A DNA stretch of 64,000 nucleotides from an uncultured Verrucomicrobiae bacterium (GTDB lineage Bacteria > Verrucomicrobiota > Verrucomicrobiia > Chthoniobacterales > JAATET01). Location: the NCBI GenBank assembly GCA_963803825.1, contig CAWDOJ010000003.1:215724-279723 (forward strand). The letters run 5' to 3'. A program made the translations under genes and the position numbers. Below the pieces are notes generated by a model, which saw only the letters and a list, made by a program, of their open reading frames with translations, was not told the DNA's origin and did not search any database. Shown in pieces: positions 63,300-64,000 of the stretch (its first letter is position 1; each line of letters starts with the position of its first letter).

Positions 63300-64000
63300 C
63301 TAGCGCTTGATGATGACCATCCGTTCCCGGTCCCGGTCTCCGTCGAGGTCCACGGCGACGAAGGTGAAGCGGGTCCGACCGACCGTCAGATTCTTCGCCA
63401 CGTAGCGGAACGTTCCGTTGGGGCGCGCCCGCAGAGTGCGTTTCCCTTCCCGGTCACTCCGGCGCACGATCACGCGGTCGATGCCATCATTGGACCGGAC
63501 CCGACCACGCAACGCGGCGCGAGCGGCTTTGGCGCGAACTTTGCCGCCACCTCTGAGCGCGAGGTCAGGTCGGGAATCGACGTATAGCTCCGATCCCAGG
63601 TGCGACGATGCCGTGAAGTCCGATTTCACCGCCGCCAGTCCCTTCGTCTGCGAGCGATTGATCCGGGGTTTGCCCGCGCCGTAGGTCGATTGCGGGAGAG
63701 CGCGCGTGAGACCGAACCACGCTTCGTCGTAGTAGCCACCGGCGAAGGCGTCTCCCTTGAACGAACCGTCCGGGCCGCCGAGTTGGACGGAATTATTGTT
63801 CCCTTTCCAATACTCGTCGACCCACCCGAAGATGAACCCGCCGACCGCGACCTGATCGCTCCCGGAAAGCAGGTTCTGCTTCATCGTGAGCCACTGCGTG
63901 GAAAGAAATTCCCCCTGCGGAATCGCGTCGAAGAACGGCTTTCCCGGGCCCATCTGGCTCGGCGAGATGGTGTCGAGATCGATGGGATTCGCGACGTTTG
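63300..64000 (-). CDS. partial CDS (C-terminal part; open upstream to the window end): putative secreted glycoside-hydrolase-like protein, family undetermined
   Basis: The frame stays open from 64000 (NVANPIDLDTISPSQMGPGKPFFDA...). FGWVDEYWKG and the AWFGL block suggest a TIM-barrel glycosidase C-terminal region followed by a beta-sandwich-like tail. The assignment is weak. Confidence 0.4.
   Translation of the reverse strand, partial: NVANPIDLDTISPSQMGPGKPFFDAIPQGEFLSTQWLTMKQNLLSGSDQVAVGGFIFGWVDEYWKGNNNSVQLGGPDGSFKGDAFAGGYYDEAWFGLTRALPQSTYGAGKPRINRSQTKGLAAVKSDFTASSHLGSELYVDSRPDLALRGGGKVRAKAARAALRGRVRSNDGIDRVIVRRSDREGKRTLRARPNGTFRYVAKNLTVGRTRFTFVAVDLDGDRDRERMVIIKR

Overview
High-GC, gene-dense bacterial chromosomal segment with about 65 protein-coding loci. 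I found no rRNA, tRNA, CRISPR array, transposase or integrase. The protein signatures are an LpxC-FabZ fusion, a MoxR/DUF58/DUF4381/BatA-E aerotolerance operon, a PEP-CTERM protein, and an autotransporter with PATR and T5SS/PEP-CTERM-type repeats. These suggest Verrucomicrobiota (Opitutae-like), which is inference only. Main blocks, left to right: polyamine and lipid A genes (aguB, lpxA, lpxC-fabZ); one minus-strand respiratory cluster joining a Rieske/cytochrome b-c complex to a caa3-type oxidase (6204-13598); pyrH-frr; a decayed znuCB/mobA region next to a Zur-linked zinc-starvation island (15566-21666); ruvB, trpC, cutA and mnmA; an envelope block (inactive and active Deg-type protease pair, M23 peptidase, an unannotated ORF, uppP, glnB); an RND efflux pair; a fused LpxL-heptosyltransferase; purK; the Bat operon; trpEG; and a surface-protein block (autotransporter, serine hydrolase, PEP-CTERM protein). 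The most notable observations are these. (1) Many otherwise conserved genes carry frame disruptions as given: coxI, coxII, MFP adaptor, GNAT, a COG0523 gene, the autotransporter, znuCB and mobA. This means either real gene decay or indel errors in the assembly. (2) A 136-codon conserved-looking ORF lies in frame directly after the uppP stop codon, has no canonical start, and is absent from the ORF track. (3) An 81-nt intergenic double-hairpin repeat is present in 2 full copies and 1 partial copy, with compensatory base-pair changes between the full copies. (4) Phased 7-9 nt tandem repeats and a shared AACTTTCAACC box sit directly upstream of start codons. (5) A G16/C16 homopolymer lies inside a znuC remnant. 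All family names come from motif recognition by eye. No database search was run.
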